NCBI GenBank assembly: GCA_034669905.1 | Contig: JAXMOL010000013.1 | Span: 64,001-128,000 of the forward strand | Source of the DNA: Candidatus Hydrogenedentota bacterium | Lineage (GTDB): Bacteria > Hydrogenedentota > Hydrogenedentia > Hydrogenedentales > JAEUWI01 | Length of the DNA: 64,000 nt | Reading direction: 5' to 3' | Shown: piece by piece, positions 40,160-50,739 of the stretch | Numbering within the stretch: the stretch's first letter is position 1 | Layout of the letters: each line of letters opens with the position of its first letter | The notes under the pieces: generated by a model | Database searches by the model: none | The model's input: only the letters and a program-made list of their open reading frames with translations | Told to the model about the DNA's origin: nothing | Position numbers and translations under genes: made by a program

Positions 40160-40766
40160 CCGCATAAATCTCCTTTTCAACAATGCCCCGCAACTGCTTT
40201 CGTGCCCGGAACATCCAGGTCTTCAAGGTGCCCAGGGGGATATCCATTGTCTCGGCGATTTCATCGTAAGAGACGCCTTTTAAATAATAGAGGGTCACGA
40301 TTTCCGCGTAGCGGTCTGAAAGCTTGGTCACGCAGCGGCGGATGTGATCGGGAATGTCCACGGTATAGGAAGGCTGGATCGCCGCGTTCTTATAGTGGAC
40401 CGGCTGTAGCTCCACTTCTCCCCGCCGCTTTCGGCGGTTGAGTTCGGTGAGACAGACGCTGCAGGTGACCCGATAGAGCCACGTGCTGAAGCTGCTGTCA
40501 CCCCGGAATCCGTGGAGGAGGCGAAAGGCCTTGAGAAACGCTTCCTGCGCCATGTCTTCCGCCTGGGTCGCATCGCGCATGTAGCGGTAGGCCAGGTTGT
40601 AGGTGACCTGTTGATGACGGCGCACCAATTCGGAAAAGGCCTCCTGATCGCCCTTCTTTGTCTGTTCCACCAATTCGAGGTCATCGGTGGCGTCGTAGCC
40701 CGTCACCATGCCTGCGACCGGGACGGCACTGCCTATCGCCATGGTCGCCTCTGAAGTCGGTGTCAT
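40149..40766 (-). CDS. ECF RNA polymerase sigma factor
   Basis: GDQEAFSELVRRH, AEDMAQEAFLKAF, FRGDSSFSTWLYR, SYDEIAETMDIPLGTLKTWMFRAR. Confidence 0.95.
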   Translation of the reverse strand: MTPTSEATMAIGSAVPVAGMVTGYDATDDLELVEQTKKGDQEAFSELVRRHQQVTYNLAYRYMRDATQAEDMAQEAFLKAFRLLHGFRGDSSFSTWLYRVTCSVCLTELNRRKRRGEVELQPVHYKNAAIQPSYTVDIPDHIRRCVTKLSDRYAEIVTLYYLKGVSYDEIAETMDIPLGTLKTWMFRARKQLRGIVEKEIYADGQ

Positions 40767-41677
40767 GTTCCGCTCCTGAATATGTTGATGTCGCCGTTCC
40801 GGGAATGGAGGGAGACGGTCGTACTTCCGTCACCAGACACACCAGCGACGGCACGACGTTTGGGGTATCCTTCGGCATACGCCAGCTCCAGGGAGGAACT
40901 GACAACACCACTTTCAGTGAGGGCGTCCAATTGGACACCTGCCGAATTCGCTACGGAAAGTGTAATGCTTCCATTTAAGGACGTCAAGCTGCAGCGTTTA
41001 ACTGTATCAGACTGTACCACGGCGGATACACTGCCATTGGTGGTGCGGGCCTCCAGATAGCCACTCGCCAATTGGGCGTAGATACTGCCATTAATCGTCT
41101 TCAGCACCGTCTCGCCGAGGGCCTGTTCCACATTGATGCGGCCGTTGGTGCTTTCGACCCGGACGGCTCCCCCGGGACGGATGACCCGAATATCGGTGTT
41201 GTTGCCGGTGATATGGATGGCGCCACAGCCTTCGTTGATCTTGACGTTACCATTGGCCCCTTCCACCGAAACATGGGTGCCCCGCGGTACGGTAATGCGG
41301 TAGTCCACCCGGAGATCGATGGGTTCTGGTCGTTCGCCCTGTTCGGTCTGAATGCGGACCCCGGCACCATCGGAGGTGCCCACGGCCACTGTTTCGGCGT
41401 AGGCGGTCGTGGCTGCCAGAAGTTCCGCGTTGCCATAGGCCCGGATTTCGGCCTGCACGATAAAGTCGTGGCCGCTGTGCGTACGTACTTCGACCGCACC
41501 ATCGGTGTGGGCCAGTCGCAGGAAATTGCCTTTCTCGAAGCGCAGGGTCTTGCTGGTCTGATAGAGGGGCGGCGTCGCTTCTTTCGGGAGGACATCACAG
41601 AGCATGCCCACGGTGACCGCGTGGATGGAAATCGCCACCACGACCGCCGTGGTAATACTTCGATACAGGGTGTTCAT
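40763..41677 (-). CDS. DUF4097-like beta-strand repeat protein
   Basis: N-terminal TM; repeated (S/T)xNG(S/D/R)I motifs; VDYRITVP. Confidence 0.8.
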   Translation of the reverse strand: MNTLYRSITTAVVVAISIHAVTVGMLCDVLPKEATPPLYQTSKTLRFEKGNFLRLAHTDGAVEVRTHSGHDFIVQAEIRAYGNAELLAATTAYAETVAVGTSDGAGVRIQTEQGERPEPIDLRVDYRITVPRGTHVSVEGANGNVKINEGCGAIHITGNNTDIRVIRPGGAVRVESTNGRINVEQALGETVLKTINGSIYAQLASGYLEARTTNGSVSAVVQSDTVKRCSLTSLNGSITLSVANSAGVQLDALTESGVVSSSLELAYAEGYPKRRAVAGVSGDGSTTVSLHSRNGDINIFRSGT

Positions 41678-41697
41678 AACTTCCATTCCATAGTCGA

Positions 41698-41727
41698 TTG
41701 GACCGAAAGATGCAGGAAAAGGTTTCT
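41698..41727 (-). promoter_or_regulatory. ECF-type promoter candidate (autoregulatory)
   Basis: Minus strand AGAAACCTTTT...CGGTCCAA just upstream of the DUF4097-sigma operon. Confidence 0.5.
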
Positions 41728-41814
41728 GACACGTACAATGGCGGCTGCAACGGAGTCCATATTTAGAAGTTCGCGCCGACGGGAAGCGTCGTTACGTTTT
41801 CGGAAAGGTACCGT

Positions 41815-42231
41815 GTGAATACCCTGCTTATTGTAGCGCCCGTTTTGGTGGGGATGTTAATTCTTCTCTATATCATACTCGCCAATGTCTTGCGACTCTG
41901 GCTGGATCACCGCGTAAAAATGGCACTCCTCGAAAAGCTGCGGCGCGATCCGGAAGCGCCGGGTACGATGGAAGAAATTCAGGCCCTCCTGGATGCGGAC
42001 AAGGAGGACGCGCCACAAAAGGGCTCCGTGGATTACGTGATAGTTGGAACCATTCTGGTCGTGCTGGGATTCTGTAGCGCAGGGGGGGCGTACCTCTTGG
42101 GTCAGGGCCAGGCGTCCGTGGGGGTGTACTTTGGTGGAGTTGCCTGTGTTTCGGTAGGGGCCATATTGATTCTATTGGGGCTGCTGATTCGATACCTGAC
42201 GCGGCTTCCCATGCACAAGAACATGAAGTAG
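41815..42231 (+). CDS. Small membrane protein (3 TM), hypothetical
   Basis: TM-soluble linker-2 TM; divergent from the ECF operon. Confidence 0.7.
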   Translation: MNTLLIVAPVLVGMLILLYIILANVLRLWLDHRVKMALLEKLRRDPEAPGTMEEIQALLDADKEDAPQKGSVDYVIVGTILVVLGFCSAGGAYLLGQGQASVGVYFGGVACVSVGAILILLGLLIRYLTRLPMHKNMK

Positions 42232-42255
42232 GGGTGGTCCACTTTGGGCCTGCTC

Positions 42256-44295
42256 ATGACGGAAAGGTGGTTGGCTGTGCGCATTGTACTGGCTAAATTA
42301 GTGGTAGTGTTTTGTCTGGTGGTTAGTGGTTCTTCGGCGATGGCGGCCACGACGTGGAGCAGTGGGGAACAGATTCCCGTGGGGACGGCAGAACAGATCG
42401 GTCCCCTGGCACCCCACGCGGTGATGTCCGTGCCCCTCGGGGCCGCACACGTGTTTGGGGGGGCCTACCCCGATATTTTCGTCGCCACGACCAAGTATGG
42501 CACGGAGCCAGGCATCTGGCTCTACCGCTGGGTGAAAAACAACGACGCCGACGTCCCGGTATTTGAAAAGGCCCAACAGGTGGGCCACCCCTTTGATAAG
42601 CCCTATCCGCCCTATGGCTGTGTCATACCCCAAAAAGAAGGAGGCGTCCTGGCCGTCTGGCTCAGCGGAACGACCCTGATTTGGAGCGCGCTGGACCAAG
42701 AGGACTGGCGATTTAAGGAAACGCACCAACTCGCCCTGGAGGGATTGCCCCGGGGTGCCAACAGTGTTGGTGTGGCGGAGAACGCCGATGGCACGTGGCA
42801 GGTATATCTCGGGATTGGTGATGGGACCGCGTATCGCACGTGGAAAGGCAGTTCGCGGGATCCCAAGTACCAGCCCTACACGGGGGCGGGAATCTGGCAT
42901 GGTGGCATGCCCTATTCCGCCCTATACACCACGACCGTCTCCCAAGAAGGTACGGAGCAGTTGGATACACCGACCCGGATTTCACATCGGGACCGTGATG
43001 TCCGCTCCGGGTTGAATCAGATTGCTCCAGTGCAGCTCAAGGGAGTTGCGCAAGGGGCCGTCGTCACGGGATCTGCCTTCGGTGGGCTTCATTTCTTCCA
43101 TCAGGACGGTGACCAATGGGCACCCCGTCTGCTTGCCGCACAGCGCGATGGGATCGCGCACCGTCACCCGACCATCTATCCCCGGCCTATGGCTTACACC
43201 AATAAGGACGGGCAGGGGAGTGACCTGTTGGTCGGTGGGGAAGGGGGCTTATACTTCTACCGCTTCACAGGCCAGTTTTCCGCTTCCGGACAGCCCATTT
43301 ACGAGGACCCTGTCTTCGCGCTGGAACAGAACGCCAAACTCTACGGCGGGACGCTCCCGGTGCCCAACGTGGTGGATTGGGACGGCGATGGACTGCTCGA
43401 CATGGTGGCGGGCAACTCGGAAGGGCTGGTGTACTTCTTTAAGAATACGGGCAGCAATGAGGCGCCGGCCTTGCAACCGGGAGAAGCGCTCTACGCCGGG
43501 GGACAGAAAATACACGTCCAGCCCGGGTATCGCCTCGACATCCAGGGGCCGGGTGAAGCGCGTTGGGGGTACACGTGTCCCACCGTCGTGGATTGGAATG
43601 ACGACGGGCTTCCGGATATCGTCATGAGTGACAGCACCGCCCGGCATCATGTGTACTTGAATGTGGGCACGAAGACGGCCCCCCAACTGGCCGCCGCGCA
43701 CCCCCTCTACTATGAAGGTCTGGACATGTACGGGACCTGGCGCGTGCAGCCGGCTGCCGCAAAACTTGATGGGCGCATGGCCTATGTGGCCCTCGACGAA
43801 GACGATCAGTTTCATCTCTATTGGCAGGTCGACGCGTACAACTTGCTGGATGGGGGAAAATTGCGGCTGGATACAGGCGAACCGATTTACGCCAACTTCC
43901 TGAGTGCCGGGGGCACCGGGCGCCTCAAGCTGTCCCTGGTCGACTGGGACCAGGATGGAAAGACTGACCTGATGGTCGGCACACCCCGGCATGGCTCCGT
44001 GCCCCACCCTGAGACCGGATTGCCTCAGTCCCTCGGGTTGCCGGGATCGGCGGTGTTGGTCTTGCTCAATACGGGCACCGACGCCCGTCCGGTCTTTGCC
44101 TTTCCCAAGCTCATGGCGTTCCAGGGGGCGCCGATTTTCCTTGGTCAGCACGCCTGTGGACCCACGCCCGCTCCCTTCTCAGGCGACGGGGCGGTCGATC
44201 TGGTGGTGGCCGAAGAGGAAGGCCGTTTCCGATACTATAAGCGGGAAGACCTAAGCTTGTTCGACGCAAAGGATTACGTGAAGCCGGAGGAGTAG
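42256..44295 (+). CDS. Secreted FG-GAP/VCBS repeat protein
   Basis: Signal peptide; DWDGDGLLDMV, DWNDDGLPDIV, DWDQDGKTDLM repeats; start uncertain. Confidence 0.82.
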   Translation: MTERWLAVRIVLAKLVVVFCLVVSGSSAMAATTWSSGEQIPVGTAEQIGPLAPHAVMSVPLGAAHVFGGAYPDIFVATTKYGTEPGIWLYRWVKNNDADVPVFEKAQQVGHPFDKPYPPYGCVIPQKEGGVLAVWLSGTTLIWSALDQEDWRFKETHQLALEGLPRGANSVGVAENADGTWQVYLGIGDGTAYRTWKGSSRDPKYQPYTGAGIWHGGMPYSALYTTTVSQEGTEQLDTPTRISHRDRDVRSGLNQIAPVQLKGVAQGAVVTGSAFGGLHFFHQDGDQWAPRLLAAQRDGIAHRHPTIYPRPMAYTNKDGQGSDLLVGGEGGLYFYRFTGQFSASGQPIYEDPVFALEQNAKLYGGTLPVPNVVDWDGDGLLDMVAGNSEGLVYFFKNTGSNEAPALQPGEALYAGGQKIHVQPGYRLDIQGPGEARWGYTCPTVVDWNDDGLPDIVMSDSTARHHVYLNVGTKTAPQLAAAHPLYYEGLDMYGTWRVQPAAAKLDGRMAYVALDEDDQFHLYWQVDAYNLLDGGKLRLDTGEPIYANFLSAGGTGRLKLSLVDWDQDGKTDLMVGTPRHGSVPHPETGLPQSLGLPGSAVLVLLNTGTDARPVFAFPKLMAFQGAPIFLGQHACGPTPAPFSGDGAVDLVVAEEEGRFRYYKREDLSLFDAKDYVKPEE

Positions 44296-44483
44296 GAGGC
44301 CATTGGCCTCCAGGATACCGTCCAGGGCTGGGTGACCCGGAATCGGTACAGCGGGTCTTGCTATTGGAATGCCATCGAATAACATGCCATAATGTGGCGA
44401 GCTTATGATTAATGTGCCAATAGCAATAAAGTGCGGAATACCATACAAGTTGCGTCCCTCAATGGGACGCCGCGGGCTCCCGT

Positions 44484-46280
44484 GTGAGCCCTGACGTGCA
44501 AGAAAAAGTCGACGCCCCCCTGACGCTTCCTGCCATTCGCCTGTTCGTATTGGAACGTATGCTCTGGGTGTGGGGCCTGTTGGGTGGCCCGGCCGTGGCG
44601 GTGGTGCTGCTCGATGACATTCAAGCCGGCCATTACCGTGCGGCCGCCTTCTATACGGTCGCTTATACCTTCGTGGTACTCTCCCTGCTTCCCCGCTTTC
44701 TGCCCTACCTGGGACGTTCTCTACTCTCCCTGTCGGCCCTCTATCTGGTCGGTTCCCATGAGATCTATAACCATGGCCTCGATAGCGCGGGCAGTTTGTT
44801 CTACTTTGCGACCATCTTTTTTTCGTCTACCCTGCTGGGTGCCCGGGTCGCGGTGGGCATCACCTTTGCCGCACTTCTGAGTCTTTGTGGGCTCTCCTAT
44901 CTCTATCTCCTTTCGACCGGGGAGGCGGCACAGTATGAGAGTCTTGGGCAGTACTTCCGCGGCTATTGCCTGCCAGACGTAATGAGCCTCTCGCTTCTCG
45001 CGGCCATGGCGATTTCCTTTCTGACCTTCCTGTTGCAAAACCTGGACCAGAGTGTGCGTCAGTCGCAGGCCTACATGGAGGAAATCGCCCGGGAGCGCAA
45101 CCAGCTGATTCAACTGATCGAAGAGCGCGATCAGGCCGAGAAGCAATTGCAGCAGGCCCAGAAGATGGAGGCGGTAGGCCAGCTCGCGGGGGGCATCGCC
45201 CATGATTTTAACAACCTGCTCCAGGTGGTAACGGCACACACCGAAATCATGCTTTCCAACTGTGAAGAGGGCGGGCCCCAGCGGGAGCAACTACTGGAAG
45301 TGCGGAAGGCCTCGGAGCGGGCGGCCTCCCTGACCCGTCAAATGCTGGCCTATAGCCGGCAACAGGTCATGGCTCCCAAGTACCTGGACATAAACGCGCT
45401 CCTCCAGGAATTAGCGGGCATGTTGCATCGGGTCATTCCCAAACATATTGAGACCCGATTTGAGCCCGGAGAAAAGTTGGGTACGGTACACGCTGATCCG
45501 GTGCAGTTGGAACAGGTCTTTTTGAATCTGTGTCTGAACGCCCGGGACGCCATGCCAGACGGTGGCCAATTGACCATTTCATCGGAGCACGTGGAGGTCA
45601 TCGGAGAGTGGGGCGGCCATGAATCGGGTCTCCCCAACGGGCCCTACGTGGTCATCCGGGTGTCTGACACGGGCATCGGAATGGACAGTGTGCAGCAGGA
45701 GCACCTCTTTGAGCCCTTCTACACCACCAAAAAGACGGGAGAAGGCACCGGGCTTGGTCTTGCCATGTCCTACGGCATCATTAAGCAGCACCGGGGCGCG
45801 ATTCTCGTCGAGAGTGCTCCGGGTCAGGGGGCGGAGTTTGTTACCTACCTTCCCTGTGTGGACCATGAGGTTTCGGCACCGGAAGTCGAACTGCCCTCGT
45901 CGGTGCCCCGGGGCACGGAAACCATTCTCGTTGCCGAGGATGACGAGGCGGTACGAACCCTGCTGATCAGTGTGTTGAAGAGTGCCGGTTTTACGGTCAT
46001 TTCGGCGAGCGATGGCGTGGAGGCCCTGGCCCTCTTTGAACAGCACAAATCCGATATTGATTTACTGCTGTTTGATGTCGTTATGCCGCGCAAGGGGGGG
46101 CCCGAAGCCTGCACGGAAATCCGGGAGCTTCACCCGAATACCCGGGTGTTGTTCATGAGTGGCTATGCGCCCGAAGGATTGGGAGGCCGCTTCGAATTGG
46201 GCCACAACACGGGCTTTATCCAGAAGCCTTATCGGATGAAAGAGCTTCTGGAGCGCATCCGTGAGGTGTTGGAATCCTGA
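44484..46280 (+). CDS. Membrane hybrid histidine kinase-receiver (CckA-like)
   Basis: About 6 TMs; [44 protein letters not shown]-terminal receiver (AEDD, DVVMP, KP). Confidence 0.93.
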   Translation: MSPDVQEKVDAPLTLPAIRLFVLERMLWVWGLLGGPAVAVVLLDDIQAGHYRAAAFYTVAYTFVVLSLLPRFLPYLGRSLLSLSALYLVGSHEIYNHGLDSAGSLFYFATIFFSSTLLGARVAVGITFAALLSLCGLSYLYLLSTGEAAQYESLGQYFRGYCLPDVMSLSLLAAMAISFLTFLLQNLDQSVRQSQAYMEEIARERNQLIQLIEERDQAEKQLQQAQKMEAVGQLAGGIAHDFNNLLQVVTAHTEIMLSNCEEGGPQREQLLEVRKASERAASLTRQMLAYSRQQVMAPKYLDINALLQELAGMLHRVIPKHIETRFEPGEKLGTVHADPVQLEQVFLNLCLNARDAMPDGGQLTISSEHVEVIGEWGGHESGLPNGPYVVIRVSDTGIGMDSVQQEHLFEPFYTTKKTGEGTGLGLAMSYGIIKQHRGAILVESAPGQGAEFVTYLPCVDHEVSAPEVELPSSVPRGTETILVAEDDEAVRTLLISVLKSAGFTVISASDGVEALALFEQHKSDIDLLLFDVVMPRKGGPEACTEIRELHPNTRVLFMSGYAPEGLGGRFELGHNTGFIQKPYRMKELLERIREVLES

Positions 46281-46305
46281 GCCTGGGGCGACGCTTCTGA
46301 CAGGC

Positions 46306-47829
46306 TCAGTAACGCTGAAGTAGTTCCAACATTTTTCTGTCGAGCTGGTGTCCCCGCCAGGATTCATAATCGACATCCCTTCGGTCGCTATCCAGGATGC
46401 CGAAGCTGCCCCGAAAGTTCCAGAGGGCCCATCCCCAACCGGCCTTCTGCCAGTTCTTCAGGCAGTCTTCCATCCAGCGGAGGGTAACAGCGTGGGGCGT
46501 TTTGTTGAAGGCACCCCATTCACCCACCATGACGCCCACGCCCTGCGTCTCAATTGCCTGCCAGGGGAGGATGTGTTCACGCCACAGCCAGGCCTGGTCC
46601 ATCATATAATCCGAATTGAAGGTCCATCCGGTGCCCTGAGGATGAGCGCGAATGGGCGCATTCTTTTCGCCCCATACCGTCATGAGCCCAAGAACCGATT
46701 CCGCGTCATCGGAAGTGCCGGTGCTTCGAAGCCCGATTTCCAAGAGTGTCAGCCAGTCACCCTCGGTGTTCACAATCGAAATGCGCTGGGTGTCGCGCGG
46801 TATGTCCACCACATAGTCCCGGTCATAGCGGTTTTGATAGACGCCCCATTCCTCCTTGTAGATGGCTTCCCGCCATTCTCCCTCTCCAGGGCCGCAGACA
46901 AAGGTGTGGGTCCACAAAGGCACCCCATCGGCGGCGACCCGTAGGCGCCCACGGGTCGATACCGTGCCCACGCGGAGACGCAACTGGACATCTTTCGAAA
47001 AAGGGCCTTCCAGTACGAGGGGCGCCTGGAGTTCGCCTTTGTCGGGGCCATATAGAAACTGGGTCGACTGGGGCGTGGGCCAATGGGGGTACGCCATGTC
47101 ACGGGTGTCGACCCAGGTCGCGCCATAGTGAGAAATGTTGGCGGGGCTGTATCCCCGGGTGGCCTGGGCGATCCCCAGGGGGATGAGCTCGGGACAGGGT
47201 TGGCTACCCCAGCGTACCCCATCGGCGATGATCAGGCGCTCCGGATCTTCCGCACGAATGGCGTCTACCATCATACGCGCGACACGGGTGTAGTCTTCCC
47301 CACTGATTTCCATGGGCTCGTTGAAGAGGTTAAAGCTGAGGCGTTCGCTGGGGATGTCCTTGTAACGCCGCGCGAAGTATGCCCAATGTTGGGCGCAAAC
47401 CTCCTGGGCTTCGGGATCCGTCCAGAGATCCCGGGGCTCTGGAGGTTCTGCCACCGTGTGCCCGGGGGCCCGGTGAAAGTTGATGCAGACGTGTATGCCA
47501 TATTGGCTACCCCACGCCACGGCCTCATCGATTTCCCGAATGACCGCCTCGTCTATGACACGCCAATCGTCCCCTTTGATCCAGACCCGATAGTCCATGG
47601 GCAGGCGAACGATGTTAAAGCCCAGTTCCTGGATGTGTTGAAAGTCTTTCTCCTTGAAGGGGTCATTGGACCAATCCCGGGAGAATTTTTCGAGAAGGTT
47701 GAAACCCCGCCACCGGGGAAGTTTTTCGGCAGATGCGGGCAGCCAGGTTGCTTCCGTGGCCTGCGTCGGCTGGGCACCCAGGGGGAGGCACAACACGAGT
47801 GCGAGACCGAAAAGGGTAGTTTTCCACAT
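46306..47829 (-). CDS. Glycoside hydrolase family 5 with an inserted domain
   Basis: Signal peptide from ATG 47829; RGFNL, VRLP, NFH, FNEP (acid/base), VGEWG (nucleophile), WALW. Confidence 0.85.
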   Translation of the reverse strand: MWKTTLFGLALVLCLPLGAQPTQATEATWLPASAEKLPRWRGFNLLEKFSRDWSNDPFKEKDFQHIQELGFNIVRLPMDYRVWIKGDDWRVIDEAVIREIDEAVAWGSQYGIHVCINFHRAPGHTVAEPPEPRDLWTDPEAQEVCAQHWAYFARRYKDIPSERLSFNLFNEPMEISGEDYTRVARMMVDAIRAEDPERLIIADGVRWGSQPCPELIPLGIAQATRGYSPANISHYGATWVDTRDMAYPHWPTPQSTQFLYGPDKGELQAPLVLEGPFSKDVQLRLRVGTVSTRGRLRVAADGVPLWTHTFVCGPGEGEWREAIYKEEWGVYQNRYDRDYVVDIPRDTQRISIVNTEGDWLTLLEIGLRSTGTSDDAESVLGLMTVWGEKNAPIRAHPQGTGWTFNSDYMMDQAWLWREHILPWQAIETQGVGVMVGEWGAFNKTPHAVTLRWMEDCLKNWQKAGWGWALWNFRGSFGILDSDRRDVDYESWRGHQLDRKMLELLQRY

Positions 47830-48016
47830 GGTGAAATTCCTCTCCTGTTGGACCTGCGCTACGGACGGGCTACCGAAAGGCGTGCGGGGCACAGCATGGA
47901 TAAGCAGAAGAAAACAGCGTGACATCAATTCAGATTCCTTCAATGGGGGGCGTTAGATCCGGAGTCCAGGGATTATGGTAGCAGGCGTGCGCATCGTGAA
48001 ACCTGCCAGGGATGGA

Positions 48017-49108
48017 CTACTTCAATCCGCCACACGCGTGCAATGCCGCGATGGGGTAGAGGGTTCCACTGTACGTGATGAAGTGGTACTTGTCGGTGTT
48101 CAGGCTCTCCGTCCACCACCGACCGGATACGCGCTGATTGGCCTTGAGCCAGGCGACCCCCTCCTGAAGGGCGGGATGGGAAGAGGGTAATCCGGCCGCG
48201 CGTAGGACGAGCAGGACGAGCCCGGTCTGATGGCCGTCGCTGGCCGGATTTTCAAAATTTGACGCACGCTGAAGTCGCGCCGCACGTCGTCCGTCGCCCC
48301 AGTTCTCGGGGGCACTGAAGCTGCGAATAGACCAGCCCCCATCTGCCTGCTGGTGTTTCAGCGCCATCTGGATGAGGGCGTCTCGCTGGGTGGCGTCGAG
48401 CAGCCCGTCCATACGCGTAGCAGTCCAGAGCAGGAGTAAGCGCGCATAATCGTGGGGTGGCCTTTCCTCGTTGAGATAACGTCGCAGTTTGTCGATGCCC
48501 GCGCGCTCCTCGGCGCTGGCTTCGGCAATAAAGCCGGGTGCCGTGGCGAGGGCCAGGGCGGCCACGGTGGCCCCGTGATAATTGCTCGATTCAAAGGGGG
48601 GCCAGCAATGGGCGTTGCCCCAACTGCCATCTTCCCCCTGAAGAGAAAGCATGACGCCCAGGGCCTCTCGCGTTCCTTCACTCAATTTGCCTTCGATATG
48701 GGAGTCCCACTCGGCGAGTCCATGGGCCAACACGGCGGCCTGGGTAGGGCGAAGGCCCGTCAGTGCAACTTCCCGGTCGACCGTTTTGGATTCGGCAAGT
48801 TCCTGCATCAGGAATTCCCGGTGGTGCCTCGGTGGCGCGCCGAGGAGGGGCGTAAGTGCAGGCCGGAATTGGTTGTAGGCACCGTTCGTGTGGCACGACA
48901 CACATTGCCGTGCATCTTGCCAGGCGGTGGCGCCTTTTTCGACATAGTCCACCGCAGCATCCAGTGAAAAAACCTCCCGGAGCGGTTCATCGGCCCGGGC
49001 AGGGGGTATGGCGATGTCGTCGGACTTGTACTGAAAGTCAACGGCAGTGGCATGCCCCAAACCGAGAGCGGCGGCAGCGGTAAGGAGTATCGAAATCCGG
49101 TACGACAT
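48017..49108 (-). CDS. Secreted prenyltransferase/squalene-oxidase-repeat (alpha-alpha barrel) protein with CxxCH
   Basis: Signal peptide; CVSCH; QW-like repeats QGEDGSW, QQADGGW, NQRVSGRW; no DxDD. Confidence 0.75.
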   Translation of the reverse strand: MSYRISILLTAAAALGLGHATAVDFQYKSDDIAIPPARADEPLREVFSLDAAVDYVEKGATAWQDARQCVSCHTNGAYNQFRPALTPLLGAPPRHHREFLMQELAESKTVDREVALTGLRPTQAAVLAHGLAEWDSHIEGKLSEGTREALGVMLSLQGEDGSWGNAHCWPPFESSNYHGATVAALALATAPGFIAEASAEERAGIDKLRRYLNEERPPHDYARLLLLWTATRMDGLLDATQRDALIQMALKHQQADGGWSIRSFSAPENWGDGRRAARLQRASNFENPASDGHQTGLVLLVLRAAGLPSSHPALQEGVAWLKANQRVSGRWWTESLNTDKYHFITYSGTLYPIAALHACGGLK

Positions 49109-49349
49109 GAAGTAGCTCCAACACGAGGTGTTTTTTGCCTGCAATGAAAGGTTCTGTGGAATCTCCAACCCCATCCTGCCCCAATTCACCCTCGGAGTCG
49201 GGCATCCTAGTGTTCTACAGTAAAGCAGAGTTCTGTGGAGCCGTCAAGAGGACGGGAGTGGAGGCGCGGTGCAGACAGTCGGTATCATGGAGATACATGG
49301 CGAAAAGTGCGCCGTTCCGCAACCTAATTATCCCTGTCAGGAGTATCCC

Positions 49350-50501
49350 GTGTCCCCATCTGTTCTGGACGAACTTTCCACCCCATGCCTTGTTTTGGAA
49401 GAAGCGGCCTTGTCGCGCAATCTCGCCGCCATGAGCCAGCGTGCCCTGGATGGGGGGGTAGACCTCCGCCCCCATTGCAAGACGGCGAAATGCATCGAAG
49501 TGGCCCGCCGGGCGACCGCGCCCCACAGTGGAGCCATTGCGGTGGCAACCCTGAAAGAGGCGGAGTACTTCGCGGAACACGGATTCAAGGATATTCTCTA
49601 CACCGTGAATCTGGAGCCCTCCAAGCTGGCTCGGATCGCCGCGCTGCAACGGCGGGGTGTTCGCATGTCGGCCGTGCTGGATAGTGTCGCGGGTGCCGCA
49701 CTCGTGGTGGAGGCGGCATCGGCCCTCGAATCGCCCCTGGAAATCTTTCTGGAGCTGGACAGCGGAACCCACCGCACCGGATTTGCGCCGGGGGACGAGG
49801 CCATCGTGGCGGCGGCCCGACAGCTTAACGACGCCCAGCAATTGCGGGTTCGGGGTACCCTCGCTTTCGGTGGCAACGGCTATATCGCCGACGCACCTAC
49901 GGATACCAAGGCTGCGGCGGAAGAGGAACGGGCCGCGGCGGTCCATGCGGCGAAGCAGCTTCGGGATGCGGGAATAGCTTGTCCGGCCGTCAGTGTGGGT
50001 TCTACGCCCACACGAACCATGGGCGAGTCCCTGGAGGGGGTGACGGAAATTCGCCCGGGCGTCTATGTCTTTATGGACCTGATGCAGGTCAAGCTCAATG
50101 TCTGTGACTACAGCGACATCGCCGTGACGGTGCTCGCCCGGGTCATTGCCCACAATCATCGGGAAAACCGGGTCTACATCGACGCCGGGGCACTGGCCCT
50201 TTCCAATGATTTGGGGATTCGCCCGACAACCGGACCCTATGCGCCCTATGGACTCCTCCGTGATCCGGAATCGGGTGGTCCCATCCCAGGGCTGGGGGTC
50301 TTCGGGGTGAATCAGGAGCATGGCTTCGTGCAATGCGCAGACCCGGAGCAGCGCTTTCCCTTCGACGACTTCCCCCTGGGTTCGACGGTGCGGGTATTTC
50401 CCAATCACGTCTGCCACACCATTGGCAGCCACGACCGCTATCATGTGCTGAATGGGGCGGGGCAGGTGAGTGGTGAATGGGAGCGGGTCACGGGCTGGTA
50501 A
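49350..50501 (+). CDS. DSD1-family PLP-dependent enzyme (D-threonine aldolase/D-serine dehydratase-like)
   Basis: TPCL, RPHCKTAK, HRTG, GSTPT, EIRPGVYVF, QEHG, PNHVC; AGGAG RBS before GTG 49350. Confidence 0.88.
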   Translation: MSPSVLDELSTPCLVLEEAALSRNLAAMSQRALDGGVDLRPHCKTAKCIEVARRATAPHSGAIAVATLKEAEYFAEHGFKDILYTVNLEPSKLARIAALQRRGVRMSAVLDSVAGAALVVEAASALESPLEIFLELDSGTHRTGFAPGDEAIVAAARQLNDAQQLRVRGTLAFGGNGYIADAPTDTKAAAEEERAAAVHAAKQLRDAGIACPAVSVGSTPTRTMGESLEGVTEIRPGVYVFMDLMQVKLNVCDYSDIAVTVLARVIAHNHRENRVYIDAGALALSNDLGIRPTTGPYAPYGLLRDPESGGPIPGLGVFGVNQEHGFVQCADPEQRFPFDDFPLGSTVRVFPNHVCHTIGSHDRYHVLNGAGQVSGEWERVTGW

Positions 50502-50529
50502 CTAACCGGCGTGTCGTCTCAATGAGAAG

Positions 50530-50563
50530 GGGCGTAGCGACCCGCTTTTGTGTCGCTACGCCC
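50530..50563. terminator. Hairpin between convergent genes
   Basis: GGGCGTAGCGAC-10 nt-GTCGCTACGCCC. Confidence 0.6.
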
Positions 50564-50739
50564 ACATTGTTTCTGCTCAACTTCAGTACTCGTGGTTGGA
50601 TTCGGGCAGATGGACCCTTATTACGGCAACCTGAATTATCTACTTTACTGAGGATTACTCCCCTCCCAGGAGGGGAATTCATTACCAATTCCCTACAGGT
50701 TCGAGCGAACACAAAGGTCCGAAATTCTAATTCACATTA

